Origin: Flectonema sp. DT1601
Taxonomy: Eukaryota
NCBI GenBank assembly: GCA_964019425.1
Contig: OZ025782.1
Span: 1,364,001-1,428,000, forward strand
Direction of reading: 5' to 3'
DNA: 64,000 nt
A program made the translations under genes and the position numbers. Positions 20,501-35,500 of the stretch are shown here, piece after piece. Each line of letters starts with the position of its first letter. Positions within the stretch are counted from its first letter, which is position 1. The notes under the pieces are model-generated. The model was not told the origin of the DNA, did no database searches, and saw only the letters and a program-made list of their open reading frames with translations.

Positions 20501-23500
20501 CACTGGGTAACTCCTTCATCGCAAGTGTTTTTGTTGGTGTCCCACACGCACTCGTCTGTTGCATCGCAAGACGTCTTGTCCTTGTTCACTCGGCACACCT
20601 TCACTCCGCAGTGTGCCGGTGAGTGTGCTGTCTTCCACTCACAGTTGTCATCCCCCGCGCAAACTCTCTCGTTGGTATGTGGAACGCATTCCTTCGGCGT
20701 GCATGCGTTACCTTCCCACGTGCAGTCGTACGAGTGCTTGTCGCAGATCGCCTGCGTAGTGTACGGAACGCACGGCTTCTCAACGCAGCTTGAGATTACG
20801 TCGTCCCACTGGCAGATGCTCTTCTGCTCGCACGCTGTCTGGTCAGGGGCGTTACACTTCTTCTCAGTGCACTTGTCTTGATCTGCCGCCTCCTCATCGA
20901 ACTGGCAGCCGAACGGATCGGCAAGACAGTTGTCTTCGGTGGTCGCCGTACAAGGTGGCAGTCTGCACACTGAATCATCATCATACCAACGGCACGCTTC
21001 ATTCGAGTACTGCATCATTTCGCACGCTGCCTTTGTAGTCGCCGAACACTCAACAACGCGGCCACACTCACCGAAAGCTGTATCCCAAACACACCCAGCA
21101 GCGCTGCACTTAGCCTCTGAACACTCGGTGTGGCAAGTAGACCATTCGCACACTAGCGATGTGGCGTTCCAATCACAGGCTGCTTCCCCGTAGCAAGCTC
21201 TCTCCGTCGAGAATGCTCCACAAGGGAGGTGATGTCCCTCCAGTTCTTGGTAATTCAAAATAACCTTTCCGAATTTGCTATTTGGGTTACAGATGTCAAC
21301 CAACACTTCGCTCGAGAAGTCATCGAGTGGGATATTTACGTAGTGGTCTGCCTTTGGCTCGGAAACGATGCTGCTGAGCACCGCCTCTGCCTCAAGATCG
21401 ATCTGCGAATGCGCGTCGAACCTCCTCAGCACCACTCCAAACACTTCAACCCCCTGTCCTCCAAGAGCCGCTCTTGCCGATCCCAGCTCCGCAGCATCGT
21501 GGATTTTTCCGTCGGTTACGATAAGGAGCACCTTACGGCGCCCAGCAGGGCTACCCTGGAACAGGTTAGCCGCAAAGTCCAGAGCCTGCGAAATGTATGT
21601 CGACTCCATCGCGTAGCTCTGTTCGTGGTAGTCGAGGTCTGCAGAAAGCTCAGCAACAACACCAGAAAACCTTCCACCAGTTCCAGTTCCCGCAGGTGCC
21701 CGGATGGCAGATTTTGGTGCCGAGAACTGAATAAATCCAACACGGAGACCCCCGGCGTTTGCTGTCGTTGTTCCAGCTTGCTCTAAGCTCAACGGCAGGG
21801 TCTTCACCCAGTCACGAAGCTGCTCTACCATCGCGTAAAATCCGTGTGGGTGGCGACCGAACGTCTGACTCATCGAACCAGAACCGTCGAACACAACGGC
21901 GATGTCCATCACTGGGCATCCTCCAAATGTCCCTTCCAAGCATGCTGAGCGTTTCGCATCCCACGTGCATCGGTCGACCGCCTTGCAGCCACAGCCATCC
22001 TTCAAATCCGAGCACTTCAACTCAACGCATGCATTGCCAGACCACTTGCACTTTTCAGCATCCGCTTCACAAGGCACCTGCGTGTGCTTGGAGCAGTACT
22101 TCTGAGAGCAACCAGGTGGGGAATTATCAGTGTTCCAGTGACAAGCATCGTCGTGGTCGCATGTCTTTTCGTCAGGATGTGGTGTACACTTCAGTGGCAC
22201 GCACTTAGATGTCTCCGTTTTCCATTCGCAACGCTTCGCGTCCTGTAAGCATTCGGTCTGACTGGTCGCCTGACATGGGATTTCAACACAAGGAGCAAAC
22301 GCCATCATTCCACGGATGTTTGAATCCCAGGTACACGCTGCATCTACATTGCAAGCATCTTGAGATGTGTACGTGCACGGACGGACCACACAAGCATCCC
22401 GATCGCTCTGCCATTCGCATCCCACAAGGTCTTCAACGCATCCAGATTCGGATTCGTGCTGACATTTTTTCTTCTCGCATTTCGCCTCGTTTGCGTTCCA
22501 GTCACAGCCAGGATCAACCGAGCACTCTGACACGTCGGTGTATGAGCAGATTGGCTGCTTAAAGCAGCTGTCATCTTTCCAGGCACACAAGTTTGCATGA
22601 TCTTCAGTGCATGTAGTCTCGTCACAATGCGTGACACAACCAGAATCCGCACACGAGAGCAGACGGTCGCTCCATCTGCACGACAAGTCGACGTCACAGG
22701 CGTTCTTCTCGAGGTGCATTGGACAAGGAATTGACGCAGACGAAGAACCCGTAGCCGACTTGGCAATCAGCGCACCGAACTGTTTATGTGGGTCACACAG
22801 AGCCCACAAGATTGAGTCCAGCTCGTCGATTGTCGCGTCCTCGAAATGCTCGTCCTGCACCGTTGTGGTGATTGACTTTAGCTCTTCTCTTGCGTTCGAG
22901 CTCGCCGAATCGAATGCCACTGTCGGTCTCAGTAAGATACCAAAGGTCTTCACCTGCATACCGAGCAGCGTCCTCAGGTTCTGCACTGTTGCTGTTGTAG
23001 CTGCGTCCTTCAGTTCGCTGTCTGTCAGCACCAATAAAACTCTCTTTCTTGTCACAGTTGCCAACATTCCCTTGGTCAGGTCCAACGCACTCTTAATGTA
23101 CGCGCGGTCCGTACCTACGATGTTTTTCTCGTGGAAGTCGAGATCAATCAGCAATTCACTGAGATCTCCCGTTACGTGTCCCTCACTTCCGACCTTGTTC
23201 GGTGACTTAATCGCTCCAGCTTCAGCGGCAAACTGCACTACTCCTACTCTAACCCCCTGGGTAGGACTGTCTCTGAACATCTTTCCTGGCGTTCCCGAAA
23301 GCGGAATACTCTTCACCCAGTCACGAATCTTCTCAACCATCGCGTAGTATCCATTCGGGTGTCTGCTGAATGCTCCTTGCATCGAAGTCGTGGAGTCAAT
23401 GGCGATGACAATATCCATCAATGGACATCCTCCGAACTGGCCGGTCACACACTCGTTCTTCGAACCATCCCAGAAACACCCGAGATCCTTGTTGCACGGA

Positions 23501-26500
23501 CACGGCATCGTAATCTTCGTACAGTTCTTATCAATGCATTTGTTCATTGACGAGTCCCAACCGCACTTCAGCTCAGGGTCAGTCGAACAGCTTCCTTGCT
23601 CAGTGAACTTGCTACAGTACTTGACCTTGCAAATCGATGGAGACTCGTCGACTGACCAGTGACACTTGTCATCGTGATTGCACGTCACTTCATCCGCGTG
23701 GGTCGCGCATTCACAGCACCACGCGTTAGTTTCGCAAGTCTGTGAATTACAGCGGTCTTTCACGCACAACTTCTCCTCTGCCTTCCATGAACAACTCTCG
23801 GCAGTCGCCTGGGTGCACGCCGATTCATTCGTGTACGTGCAATCCGTTTTAGTGCACACCATATCGTGCGTATCCCACTCACATCCTACTGGATCTGTTG
23901 AGCAACTGTCCTCGGACTTGTGGTTGCACTTCTTCTCTTGGCAACTGGAACCATCCCACTGGCAGCCATTCTCCGTGTCCGCAACGCACGGTGTTTCTGT
24001 AGCATGCGTAGGGCAAACTGGCTGCCTCGAGCAGGACTTTCCATCCCACCCGCAGAAGTCGTCGGTGGCAGCTGTGCAGTTATTCTCATTACATCCAAAC
24101 GACAAACATGGAGAGTTAACGCATCCAAGAAGAGATTCCGACCACACGCACCACGTGTCAGCCAAGCAAACTCCGGCTGATGCATGCACAGCACACGGCT
24201 GGTGCTCCGCTCCTTCACGCTTCGCGATCAGAGCTCCAAACTTCTTTGCAGGATCACAAATGGCATCAAATACTTCAGTTACCAGATCGTCCAACTTCAA
24301 GTTCAAGAAGTGATTGTCAGTTGGTAGGGACACTATCGGCTTTAGCGCGAACTCTGCGTCGATGTCCTCCTGAGTTCTCGTATTGAGGCGACGAATCACT
24401 ACTCCAAAGGTCTGAACTGACAAGGCATCCAATGATCCACGTGCGGCCTTCAACCTGTCCGCATCGTTCAGCTTTCCATCTGTGATCAGGATCAAAACGC
24501 GCTTCCTCGTCGAAGGCGAGGCCCTGAAGATTTCCACCGCGTGCTCAAGGGCTCCCTGAACGAAGGTGCGACCGGCCATTTGATTCTTGTTGTGGTAAAC
24601 AATGTCCTTCTCCAACTCTGACAAGCTTCCGGACAAAAGTCCGTTCGCTGTTCCAGCAAAACCAGCCGTCGTTCTCGGCGCCCCAGGAGTCGAGAACTGG
24701 ACGAACCCAACACGCATGCCCGTTGCCTTAGTATTTTCCTTCGCCGTGTACGAGTCGCCGTTCAGCGGAAGTTTCTTCACCCAGTCCTTTAGGAACGTGG
24801 TGAGCGCCTCGTATCCGTGAGGGTGGCGTCCAAATGCCTGGCTCATCGATCCCGATCCATCGAACACTATTGCTACATCAAGAGGTGGACAAGCTCCAAA
24901 CAATGAAGTCACACACTCATCCGAAGCCGAGCTCCAGAAGCATCCGGACTCTTCTTGGCACTCACACTGTTTTCCGTTGAAACGGTCGCACCTCGATTCC
25001 ATGCAACTGTCCTGCTGGGAGTCCCACGCACACGCCACATCTCCATCACAGTCGTTCTGCTGTGTCCAGCGTGCGCAGTAGGTTTCTGTGCAGTATGCCG
25101 GTGATGAGTCCACGTTCCAGGTGCAGGCCACGTTGGTGTGGCACGATGACTCATCCAGGTATTTGGCACAAGGGCGCTCAATACACTTAGCGTTTTCCCA
25201 CTTACACTGCTTGTCGCCAACGCAAATATCCATTACTACGTGCTGACACGGCTTCTCACTGCACACCGAGGCAACCTGGTCCCAGGTGCACTCCGTGTCT
25301 GCCAGGCAGTCTTGCGAAGTAGTGTAGCTGCACTTCTTCAACGTACACTTATCCTGAACCCAGTGGCATTCATCCTCTGTGTCACTAATGCATGCCACTT
25401 CAGTAATGTGCTTACATGGGCGCGGCTCGCATCGGTCCTTAGGCCACCAGCATGCGGGGTCCAGTCCACAATCGTTCGAGTTCGTTGCCGCACACACCTT
25501 TGTTTTTCCACATGAGTGGTCATTGGCGTCGTACTTGCACAACAGATCCTTATCGGCAGAGGTGCACAAATCTTCCGAGCAAAGCTGCAGGCAAGGAGTG
25601 TTCGCGCACCTCACCAAACTGTCATCCCACTGGCAACCCGAGTCGCGATTGCATTCTGCTGAGTTGTGATGGAAGTCGCACGGAAGGTGTGAGTCGGTAG
25701 TCTTTAGGTCTACTAACCACGTTCCCCATGGGGTACTAGGGTTGCACCACTTCTCGAATACGTTGTCTTGCAATTCATCAATCATATAGTTTGCAAAGTG
25801 CGTCTCCTGTGGCTCCGTCACCAGCGGTTTCAGTGACGACTCTGCCTCCAGGTCACTGGTCTCGTGGAGGTGATGCTTCCTAATTACGATACCGACTGTG
25901 TGTATTCCCATGGCGTCCAGTTTGGACTTTGCGAGTGAGGTCTGGTCAGAGTCTTCAATTTTGCTGTCGATAATCACCATCAGTACCTTCTTCCTTCCAT
26001 CGTTTGGTGCTTTAGATAGCAATCCAGCAGCAATGTCGAATGACTCGGCAAGGAAGGTTCCCTCTCCCATGAAGTTTTTCTCTTGCCAGTCCAAATCCCC
26101 AGTCAACTCCGGCAGGTAGCCAGACAGCCTTCCAGCTGCCCTTCCTTTACCTGTCGGTGCTGAAAGCGACGATCCCTTCACTACGCCGTTTACCTTTCTG
26201 TTTTCGTTTCCACTGAACTGGATGAACGCGATTCTAGTCAGTCCCTTAGCGTAATCAGTTCCGTTGCGATCAGCTCTTCCGTAGTCGTTAGCGAGCGGAA
26301 GCAGGAGTGACCAGTCCCGAATCATCTCTAGTAGCGCCGCGTATCCGCGCGGGTGACGTCCGAATGACTCTGCCATCGAACGCGATCCGTCGAACAACAC
26401 TACGATATCCATCGTCGGACACGCTCCGTAGTGCACGTCTACGCAAACGTTGTCGTGCCAGAAGCACTCCGGGTTGCTGTTGCACGCACAGTGTACCTTA

Positions 26501-29500
26501 TCTGTGTCCGTCGAGTCCTTGGCATAGTCCCCGCACTTCTTTTCCGAACACGTCGAGAAGTCCCAGTGGCAAGCCGGTTCGTTGTTGCAACTGGTAGCAT
26601 CTCCATACCTCGAGCAGAACCTTTCCTTACATTTTCCAGGGGCCACTGCCGCGTCCCACTCGCACACCAGGTCTTCGTGGCACGTTATCTCGTCCGCGTG
26701 CCCGACGCAAGGCTTTTCCTGACACACGTTTGCTGTCGTATTCATCTCACACCACTGTTTGTTGTTCTCGTCTTCAACACAGCAAGTTGAGTTGCTTCCG
26801 CATGACACACACCTTCTCGGCTTACAGATCAATCCGTGTGTATCCCACTCACAGATCTCACTCATCGTGTTACAGTCATCATTCGTCTTCAGCGTCTTAC
26901 ATGGCTCAGGGCTACAGATCTGCTGCAGCGAGTCAAACGTACATCCCTCAGGGTCGGCAAGACAAGCATCTTCGTCGTCGTGAACGCACGGCTTCTCAAC
27001 ACATGTATCATTCTTCCACACGCACTCATTGTCCTGTTTGCAATCTCCCTCGTTTGCGTGTGCGCACAACTTTGATTTCCAGCATACGCTCTCAGTGGCG
27101 TTCCACTCACAGTGGTTGCCCACATCACCATTGCATTGGGTGCTGTTGCAATGCTGGAAGCAAGGAGTGTTTCCGCACACTTGCGCCGAATCTCCCCAGG
27201 CACATGCCTTCTCCTGGTTGCACACACCCTTCGAAGGGAACTGATCGCAAGGCACCGCTCCCGATGGAAGCCCGATGCTTCCGCTCCCCGTGCCGGCGAC
27301 GAACTTACCCCACTTGCTCGCAGGGTCGCACAGACCTGTTAGCACCTCTGTTGGCACCTCGTCGAGCATCAAACTCAAGAAGTGCTCATCAGCAGGGGCG
27401 GAGACCACTGGCTTTAGCGCTGCCTCTGCGTCGATGTCTTCCTGTGTCCTCGCCGAAAAACGACGCACCGCGATACCAAACACCAACACCTGCTGCTGCT
27501 TAAGAGTACTCTTGACTCCAGAGAGCTTGTCTCCGTCCATCAGTACTCCATCTGTGATAATAATGATGATCTTTCTACGTCCATCAACTGGAGAATCCTG
27601 AGCAAACATATTGGAAGCCATGACGAGTCCCTCCTCGATGAAGGTTAGTTGCTTCATGTAGTTATCCTCATGCCACTCGATGTCAGCCTGTAGCTGCGTC
27701 AGGTCTCCGCTCAAGCGCCCGTTGGTACCAACACCTGGAGGTGTGCGCTGTGCCGAGTTCACAACTCCGCCGGTAGGTCCAGTGCTTCCAGCTAATCCAC
27801 TGAACTGGACGAATCCAACACGTACTCCTCCACTTGGTACCGACTTCGAACCGACAGTTGAATCCTCACCGCTGAGAGGAAGAGTCTTTACCCAATCGCG
27901 GATCATCTCCATCATCGCGTAAAATCCGTGTGGGTGGCGACCGAAGCTCTGACTCATTGACCCAGAACCGTCAAGAACAAGAGCCACATCGAGGGTCGGG
28001 CATTTACCGTACGCTTGCTCTTCACATCTTCCACGTCCACCAGTGTTGCTCCAGAAGCAGGTTGGGTCCTGCTGACAATCGCATCTCTCTGGGATCTTGT
28101 GACACGTCTTCTCTACGCACACGTCGTTCTCCCACAGACATCCGGAGTCCGCTTCGCACATCGGCTGGTCGCTGTATTTGGCACAGCGCTTGAGTTGGCA
28201 GCTTCCAGGGGAAGTGCTCGTGTCCCAGTGGCAGCGGCGATCAGCGTCACACGACTTGTCCTCAGTGTACTCGACGCAAGGGCGCACTGTGCAAGTCTGG
28301 TTCGATGTCTGCCAATCACACAAGGCGTCAACGCGGCATTCTACTTCCGTCGTGTATGCGCACTTTGTCTGCACACAAGTGTTATCTCCTGTCCATTTGC
28401 AGCTGTTCTCGGTATCCTGCTGGCATACATCCTGTGATCGGTAGTTTACGCAAGGCATCACTACACAAGTTGCCGGGTCCTTCCACAAGCACGTCGTCTC
28501 GGTGTCCGCCAAACAACTGCCTTCGGTCGTATGATGGCACCTCTTTTCGCTGCAGTCCGAAGCAGTAGCGTTCCATTCGCAACCCTCTTCCGATTCGCAA
28601 GCGACGATGTTGTCCCCTCCGCATACTTCCTCGCGGTAGCAGGTCTTCTCCTGGTCGTTCCACCCTCCGACGCATCCGTTTGTCAGGTCGCCGTTACAGG
28701 CCGCTTCTGAGCAGTGGACCACGCAAGGTGAGTTTACGCATCCCAGGAGGGTCTCAGACCACACGCATCCGACGTCGGACATACAGCTGGTCTTGCCTTC
28801 GTACTTCCTACATGGCTGGTGTTCGCCGCCGACAGGCTGTAATGCAAGGGCACTACCCCAACCGGTTGCAGGGTCGCACATCTTTGTGAGCGGGCCGTTT
28901 TCGTCGGCTAACTCGTCCATGTCAACGTTTTTAAAGTGGTCAACGTGTGGGTCCGAGGTGATTGGCTTGAGCACCTCCTCAGCATCGGAATCCAATTGCG
29001 TGTGAGTCGCAAAGCGGCGCACTACAATACCGAACACTTCGACCTGCTGAGAGCTCAGCTTTGCCTGCGCAGATGCGAGTAGGTTCTTGTCCTGGATCGC
29101 TCCATCCGTGATGATGAAGAGCGCGCGTTTTCTACCGTCAAGGGGAGAGTCCTGGAAGATTCCGACCGCCATGTCGAGACCAGCTCTGATATACGTACCC
29201 TGCCCCATGTAATTCGCCTCGTGCCATGAAAGGTCCGCCAACAACTCTGTCGCGTCCCCGGACAATCTACCTGCAGTTCCGACGTTGCTTGGCGTTTTGA
29301 GAGCTGATCCCGGGATTGGTCCGGTCACTGGTGACCCACTATCTTGTGGAACTCCACTGAACTGAACGAATGCTACTCTTGTCTTGCGGTTCACAGTCGA
29401 AGTCGTTCCTGCCGCCTGGCCGCTGAGAGGAAGCCCCTGTACCCAGGTCTTCAGCATCTCAACCTCTGCGAAGTAGCCGTGTGGATGGCGTCCAAAAGCC

Positions 29501-32500
29501 TTGCTCATCGATCCAGATCCGTCGAACAACACAACGAGGTCGAGGGTTGGACAAGTTCCATAGCGCGTATCCACGCACGCCTGCTCGGATGGAATCCAGA
29601 AGCAGTCAGGGTCGTTGTGGCACGCACAAGGGTCTGAAGACAACTTTTCGCACACCTTTGTTACGCAAGAGTTGCCTTCAGTTAAACATTTCGCATCCGC
29701 GTCACAGGTCGCCTTATTACAACCCTTCTTCGTGCAGTGCCTCCTGCAGTACTTCTCATTACAAATACCTGGAGCAATTGAAGTGTCCCACTCGCAAATC
29801 ACGTCCCCGTTGCACTCCTTCTCGCTTGAGTACTGCTTACATGGAGCCGTCTCGCACAATTCGCCCCCGGCGATCTGCTTGACCCACTCGCACAATCCTG
29901 GAGTCGTTGGCTTCTGCAAGCAATCTTCCTTGTTCAAGTAAGGACTGCATTTCTTAAGTTCGCAGTATTTAGCGTCCGTGTTCCACGTGCAGTTCAGGTC
30001 CTGCTCGCACGTTGGTATCGTGTCATACGTGCACGGCCTGTTTCCACAGGTTTGCGCAAGGTTGTTCCACTCACAAGGGTCAGGGTCTGCCAAACATCCT
30101 TGTTCGTTGTCATGCTCACACTTCTTGCCGATGCAAGTCGTACCATCCTTGGCTACCTCACACTTGTCTTCCTTTTCGCAACGCGCCGTCGGAAAGTTGC
30201 ATACTTCTTCCTTCATGCACGCGCCTCCCTCCCACAAGCACTGGTTCGGCCAGTCTGCCGTACAGTTAGCCTCCTTGCAGTGCTTCAGACACGGAGAGTC
30301 GCCACACGACAGTGTCTCGTCGAACCACACGCAGTGAGACTGCTTGTTGCAAGGGTCCTTCTCTGCTACTGTTGGGCAAGGAAGCACCTCATCCGAAACA
30401 TCAGCGACGTAGCGTCCCCACACATGGCCTGGCTCGCAGATTCCATTCAGTGCCGCAGCCAACTCGTCAACTAGGATGTTCTGGAAATGCGCAGCCCGTG
30501 GTGCGGTTACAATTTGCTTCAAAGTCTCCTCTGCCTTGAGGTCGACGGCCGTGCGTGTTGAAAATGGTCGAATCACTGCTCCAAAGATTCTTACCTGCGC
30601 TTGGTCAAGCTCAGCCATCGCCTGGCCGTACGCGTCCTTGTCGACAAGCTCCCCGTCGGTGACAATGATGAGGACCTTTCTCCTTCCGTCAACTGGGGAC
30701 GAACGGAATAAGCTCACAGCCTTCTCAAGCCCAGCTAACAGGTAAGTCTGCTGGGTTGCTGGCTGTGTCACAACGCTTGCCCCGAGGAACGCTTGCATGT
30801 GGTACTTTGCATCATCGTTAATCTCCGCCAAAGAACCGGTCAAACTGCCCGCACTTCCTGTTCCTTTAGGCGAGAAGGTTGCCTGTCTAGCATCACCTGG
30901 TAACCACTTGCTGCTTCCCGCGAACTGTACCATCGCGAGACGCACGGTCTTCGTGTCAGCCAAAGGTGTTTGTCCAGCGGCATTTTTGCTCAGCGGCAAA
31001 GTAGCTGCCCAGTCCTTCACCACTTCAACAAGGGCGTAGAATCCATTCGGATGGCGTCCAAATGCTCTGCTCATCGACGCACCTCCGTCCAGAAGGAGCA
31101 CAACGTCGAGAGTTGGGCAAGTTCCATAACGTTGGAAGGTACAGTGTGAGTCTGCTGACTTAGCATAGAAGCAGTCGGCATCTCCCTCGCATCGGCACTT
31201 GTCCATCTTACCGCAGTCTTTCTCTATGCACTTGCCCGATTCCCACATGCATTCGTCCTCTCCTTCGCACCCATTTTGATCAAACTTCCTGCAAGGAAGT
31301 TGGGCACATACGGCAGGTGATTGTTGCACGTCCCAGTGACATCCGTCGAATGAGTTACAGCATTTCTCCCCTGGGTACAGCACACATGGCTTGGCTGAGC
31401 AACTTCCGCTGTTCCAATCGCAACGCGAGTCAGCAGTGCATGCCGTCTCAGCTGTCGCTACACACAGCCTTTCGACACAAGCATCATCGGCGCTACTGCC
31501 CGGACACTGGTCCCACTCACAACCTGCTGCATTGCAGCTTGACTCATCCGTGTGCTGGCAAGGGGTCAAAACACAATTCTGAGTACCTGTTTCCCACGTG
31601 CAGTCGAACTCTGTGTCAGCTAGACAGCTGTTTTCGTCCGGGTGCAAGCATGGCTTCTCTCCGCACACAGTTTGGTTCCATGCACACATTGGGTCCTGGT
31701 TGCAGTCCTGCAAATTCGTGTGCGGGCAGATCTCCTTCTTGTAGCAAACTTGCTCCTGCGAGTTCCAATTACAGTGGTTCGATTGGTCATTGTTGCACTC
31801 GGTTTCCAGACAGTGGCGAATGCAAGGTGTGTCCACGCATGCAGTAAGCACTTCCTGGTAAAGGCATCCGGGGTCACTGTCACACTTTGTCTTGTCCACG
31901 TAATTCTGACAAGGTTTGTGCACACCGGCTTGGCTCTGATCGACGACGTACTTGCCCCACAAACTGTTTGGATCACACAGTCCATCAAGAGCTTCAGGGA
32001 TCTCGCTGAGCAAAAGGTTCAGGTAGTGGTCCACCTGTGGCTGCGACGTGATCGGCTTCAGAGTCTCTTCTGCAAGGAGATCCAACTTTGTATGGGCAAG
32101 GAATCTCCTCACCACTATTCCAAAGGTGACCACTCCGGCAGTTTCAAGCCTTCCACGAGCAGGTTGCAGGATCTTGTCATCCAGGATAGCCCCATCTGTG
32201 AAGATCAATAGCACCTTCTTTCTCAAGCTGCCCGGAGATTCCTTGAACATGTCCGCCGCAGTGTCTAGCGCTGAAGCAATGTATGTTCCCCCCTGCATGT
32301 AGTTCGCCTCCTGCCACGTTAGCTCAGAGTCGAGCTCTGCCTTCAAACCTGTCAGCCTTCCGCTCGCGCCCACCTGCGCTGGAGATGTCTGTGCACCGTC
32401 TACGTTTCCATTTGGCAACTTGTTTGTAGGGATTCCACTGAACTGGACAAACCCGACACGCGCCTTACCGTCGAGGGACGGAGATCCCCCAGCAGGCACT

Positions 32501-35500
32501 CCACTCAGCGTCAGTGAACTCGTCCATGTCTTCAACATCTCCATTAGTCCGTAGAAACCGTGAGGGTGAACTCCGAAGCTCTGACTCATCGATCCTGAGC
32601 CGTCGACCAGTAACACAATATCCAGTGTTGGACACTCTCCAAACTTGGATTCCTTGCAAGTTCCCTTGTCCCAGTAGCAATCCCCGTCTTTGCGGCATCT
32701 GCACACTTCGAACTCACCGCAGTTCTTGTCGACGCAAGTGTCGTTCAGCCACATGCACGCACCGTCCTGGTCACACGATCCCTGCTCCCCATACCTTCTG
32801 CAGTACTTCACCTCACAGTCAGTTCCCCACGTGCACAAATCGTCCTCTCCGCAAGTCTTTTCGTCTGGGTGATGCTTACATGGCTTGAACGTACATGTGT
32901 TGTTCTTCCATTCACATGCGTTATCGTCCTTCTCCTCGCAATCAACTTGCTGTGTCCAGCGGCACCTAATCGGTTCACACAGATTTGCGTCGTTGTTCCA
33001 TGTGCACTCAGTGTCGTTGTTGCAGAATACTGGTTCGAAGTACACGCATGGCTGTTTGTCGCAAGTCTTGCTGATTTCGTCCCACAAGCAAGGCCCCTTA
33101 GGATCTGCAAGACATCCTTGTTGGTTGTCATGGTCGCAGATCTTTCCGATACACGTCTGTCGGTCAACGGGGTCGACTTGGCACTTTTTGTCATTTTCGC
33201 AGTCTGTGGTGTCTGCGTGATCGCAGATTTCCTCCTTACGGCACGCACCTAGAGTCTGGTTCCACACGCAGTGGTTCTCTTGGTCTGCCGTGCAGTTGGT
33301 ATCCAGACAGTGTGCGAGGCACGGAGAGTCACCGCACGAAAGCGTGCGGTCAAACCAGACACATCCGTCGTCTTTGTTGCAAGGGTCCTTGCTCGAGTAA
33401 AGCGTGCACGCCACGCTCGAATCCGCGATGAATTTTCCCCACACATGGTTCGGATCGCACAGACCCTTGAGTGCTGATGCCACTTCGTCGATCTGAAGGC
33501 TCTGCAGGTGCTGGTCTTTCGGGTCAGACAAGGCTCCCAATAACGTCTCTTGAGTCTTCACGTCGTCAGCCGATACTGTGCCAAACGGTCTCACTGCTAT
33601 TCCAAACACGTGTACCTGCGCCTGATCGAGGGCTGCTCTTGCTGCCGTGTACGAATCCTTGTCATTCAGCTCTCCATCTGACACAATGATCAGAACTCTC
33701 TTCCTTCCATCAAACGGAGAGGTCTGGAATAGGCTTACTGCTTTCTGCAAGGCTCCGAGCAAGTAAGTTTGCCTCACATCCGGTTGAGCTGTCGCACTCG
33801 CACCCATGAAGCTTCCTTCGTGGAAATCAGCGTCTGCCTTCACCTCGCTCAGCACTCCGCTCAGCCTTCCACCAGTTCCCGTTCCGGACGGGGACGACAG
33901 GGCTTGTTTTTCGTCACTCGAAGGCCACTGGGTGCTTCCTGCGAACTGTACCATCGCCAATCTGATGGCCTTGGTCTGCGGCATAGTCGTTGCGCCTGCA
34001 GCTTCTCCGCTTAGCGGGAGGGTTGCTGCCCAGTCCCTTACAACCTCCACCAACGCGTAGAACCCGTGTGGATGACGTCCGAACGCACGGCTCATCGAAG
34101 CCCCTCCGTCTAAGAGTAGCACTACGTCGAGAGTTGGACACGTAGCGTAACGCTGGAACGTACAGTGCGAACCGCCATTCGCGGTAGTGAAAAAGCAGTC
34201 GGGATCAGCGTCGCAATCACACTTCTCAAACTCCCCGCAATCCTTTTCCAGGCACTTATTGTTTTTCCACATGCACTCCCTCTCAGCATCGCATGCTACG
34301 TTGTCATCAAATTTCCTGCATGGTAGCTGCGCGCATACCGCAGGGGCTTGCTGCACATCCCAGTGACACCCGTCTTTTTGGTTACAGCACTTCTCGTCAG
34401 GGTACACCGCGCACAACCTTCTCGAGCAGCTCTGCTGGCTCCACTTACACAGTACATCCTTAGAACACTCCGTCTCTTCAGCGTGCTGGCAAGGGATAGC
34501 TTCGCAGCTGGCGTCTCCACAGGCTTCGTTCCACTCGCAGCCAGGCTCCTGGTTGCAGTTCGTCTTGTCCACAGCCTGACATGGGGTTTGGGTACACGTT
34601 CCGTTCACCGTGTCCCACGTGCACTTGAAAGTACTGTCTGCGATACAACTCGATTCATCCGGGTGCAGACAAGGAGTGTCAATGCATTCATTTGTCGTTG
34701 CGTTCCACGAACACTTGTCGTTCTGGTTGCACGCGTTCGAATCAAGGATCCCTGGACACACTTCCTTGTTGAAGCACTCCAGAACTGTCGTGTTCCACCT
34801 GCAGTCAGTCGAGTTTGCACATTGATTTTCGGTGCAGTGCTTAACACACGGAGAGTCCAAGCAAGCGATCAGCACATCCGACCAGATGCATCCCATATCC
34901 GCCGAACACGGTATCTTGTTATCATAGTTTGGGCAAGGGCGATGTACTCCAGCCTGCTGTGCCTGTGTCGCTGCCTGATCGACGATGAGGTGTCCCCACG
35001 GACCATTTGGGTCACAGATTCCATTCAGCGCCTGGTCTGGGATCTGGTCGATCAACAGATTCAAGAAGTGGTCGTCGTGTGGATCCGAAGTGATTGGCTT
35101 CAGCGAATCCTCTGCCGCAACGTCGCTCGCTGTCAGTTGATCTGTTCTCCTGACTACGATACCGAACGTCTGCACATCCATTCCCTCAAGGTCTTTTACT
35201 ACCTGCGCAAGCTTGTCGTCGTCTTGAATCTTTCCGTCGGTGATGATGATTAACACTCTCTTTCTTCCATCGACAGGCGATGAGGTCTTGAATATGCTAC
35301 CAGCGCGCACCATTGCCTTCTCGATGTACGTTCCGGCTTCGAGGTAGTTTGCTTCATGCCAGTCGACATCATCTGACAGCTCTGAAAGATCTCCCGTCAA
35401 GCGCCCGCCGGCACCGACTCCCACTGGCGGGAACGCAACCGAGTTTACGATGTTCGATGAAGGGACTAAGAACTCTGGGTGTCCAGAGAACTGTACAAGC

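Larger units (their letters stand above)
17391..25123. repeat. Near-identical segment, repeated at 56267..64000 (period 38,876-38,877 bp)
   Basis: Shadow ORFs recur at +38,877 (e.g. 18142..18561 and 57019..57438). The only difference noticed is T25 versus T26 in the poly-T run. Confidence 0.96.
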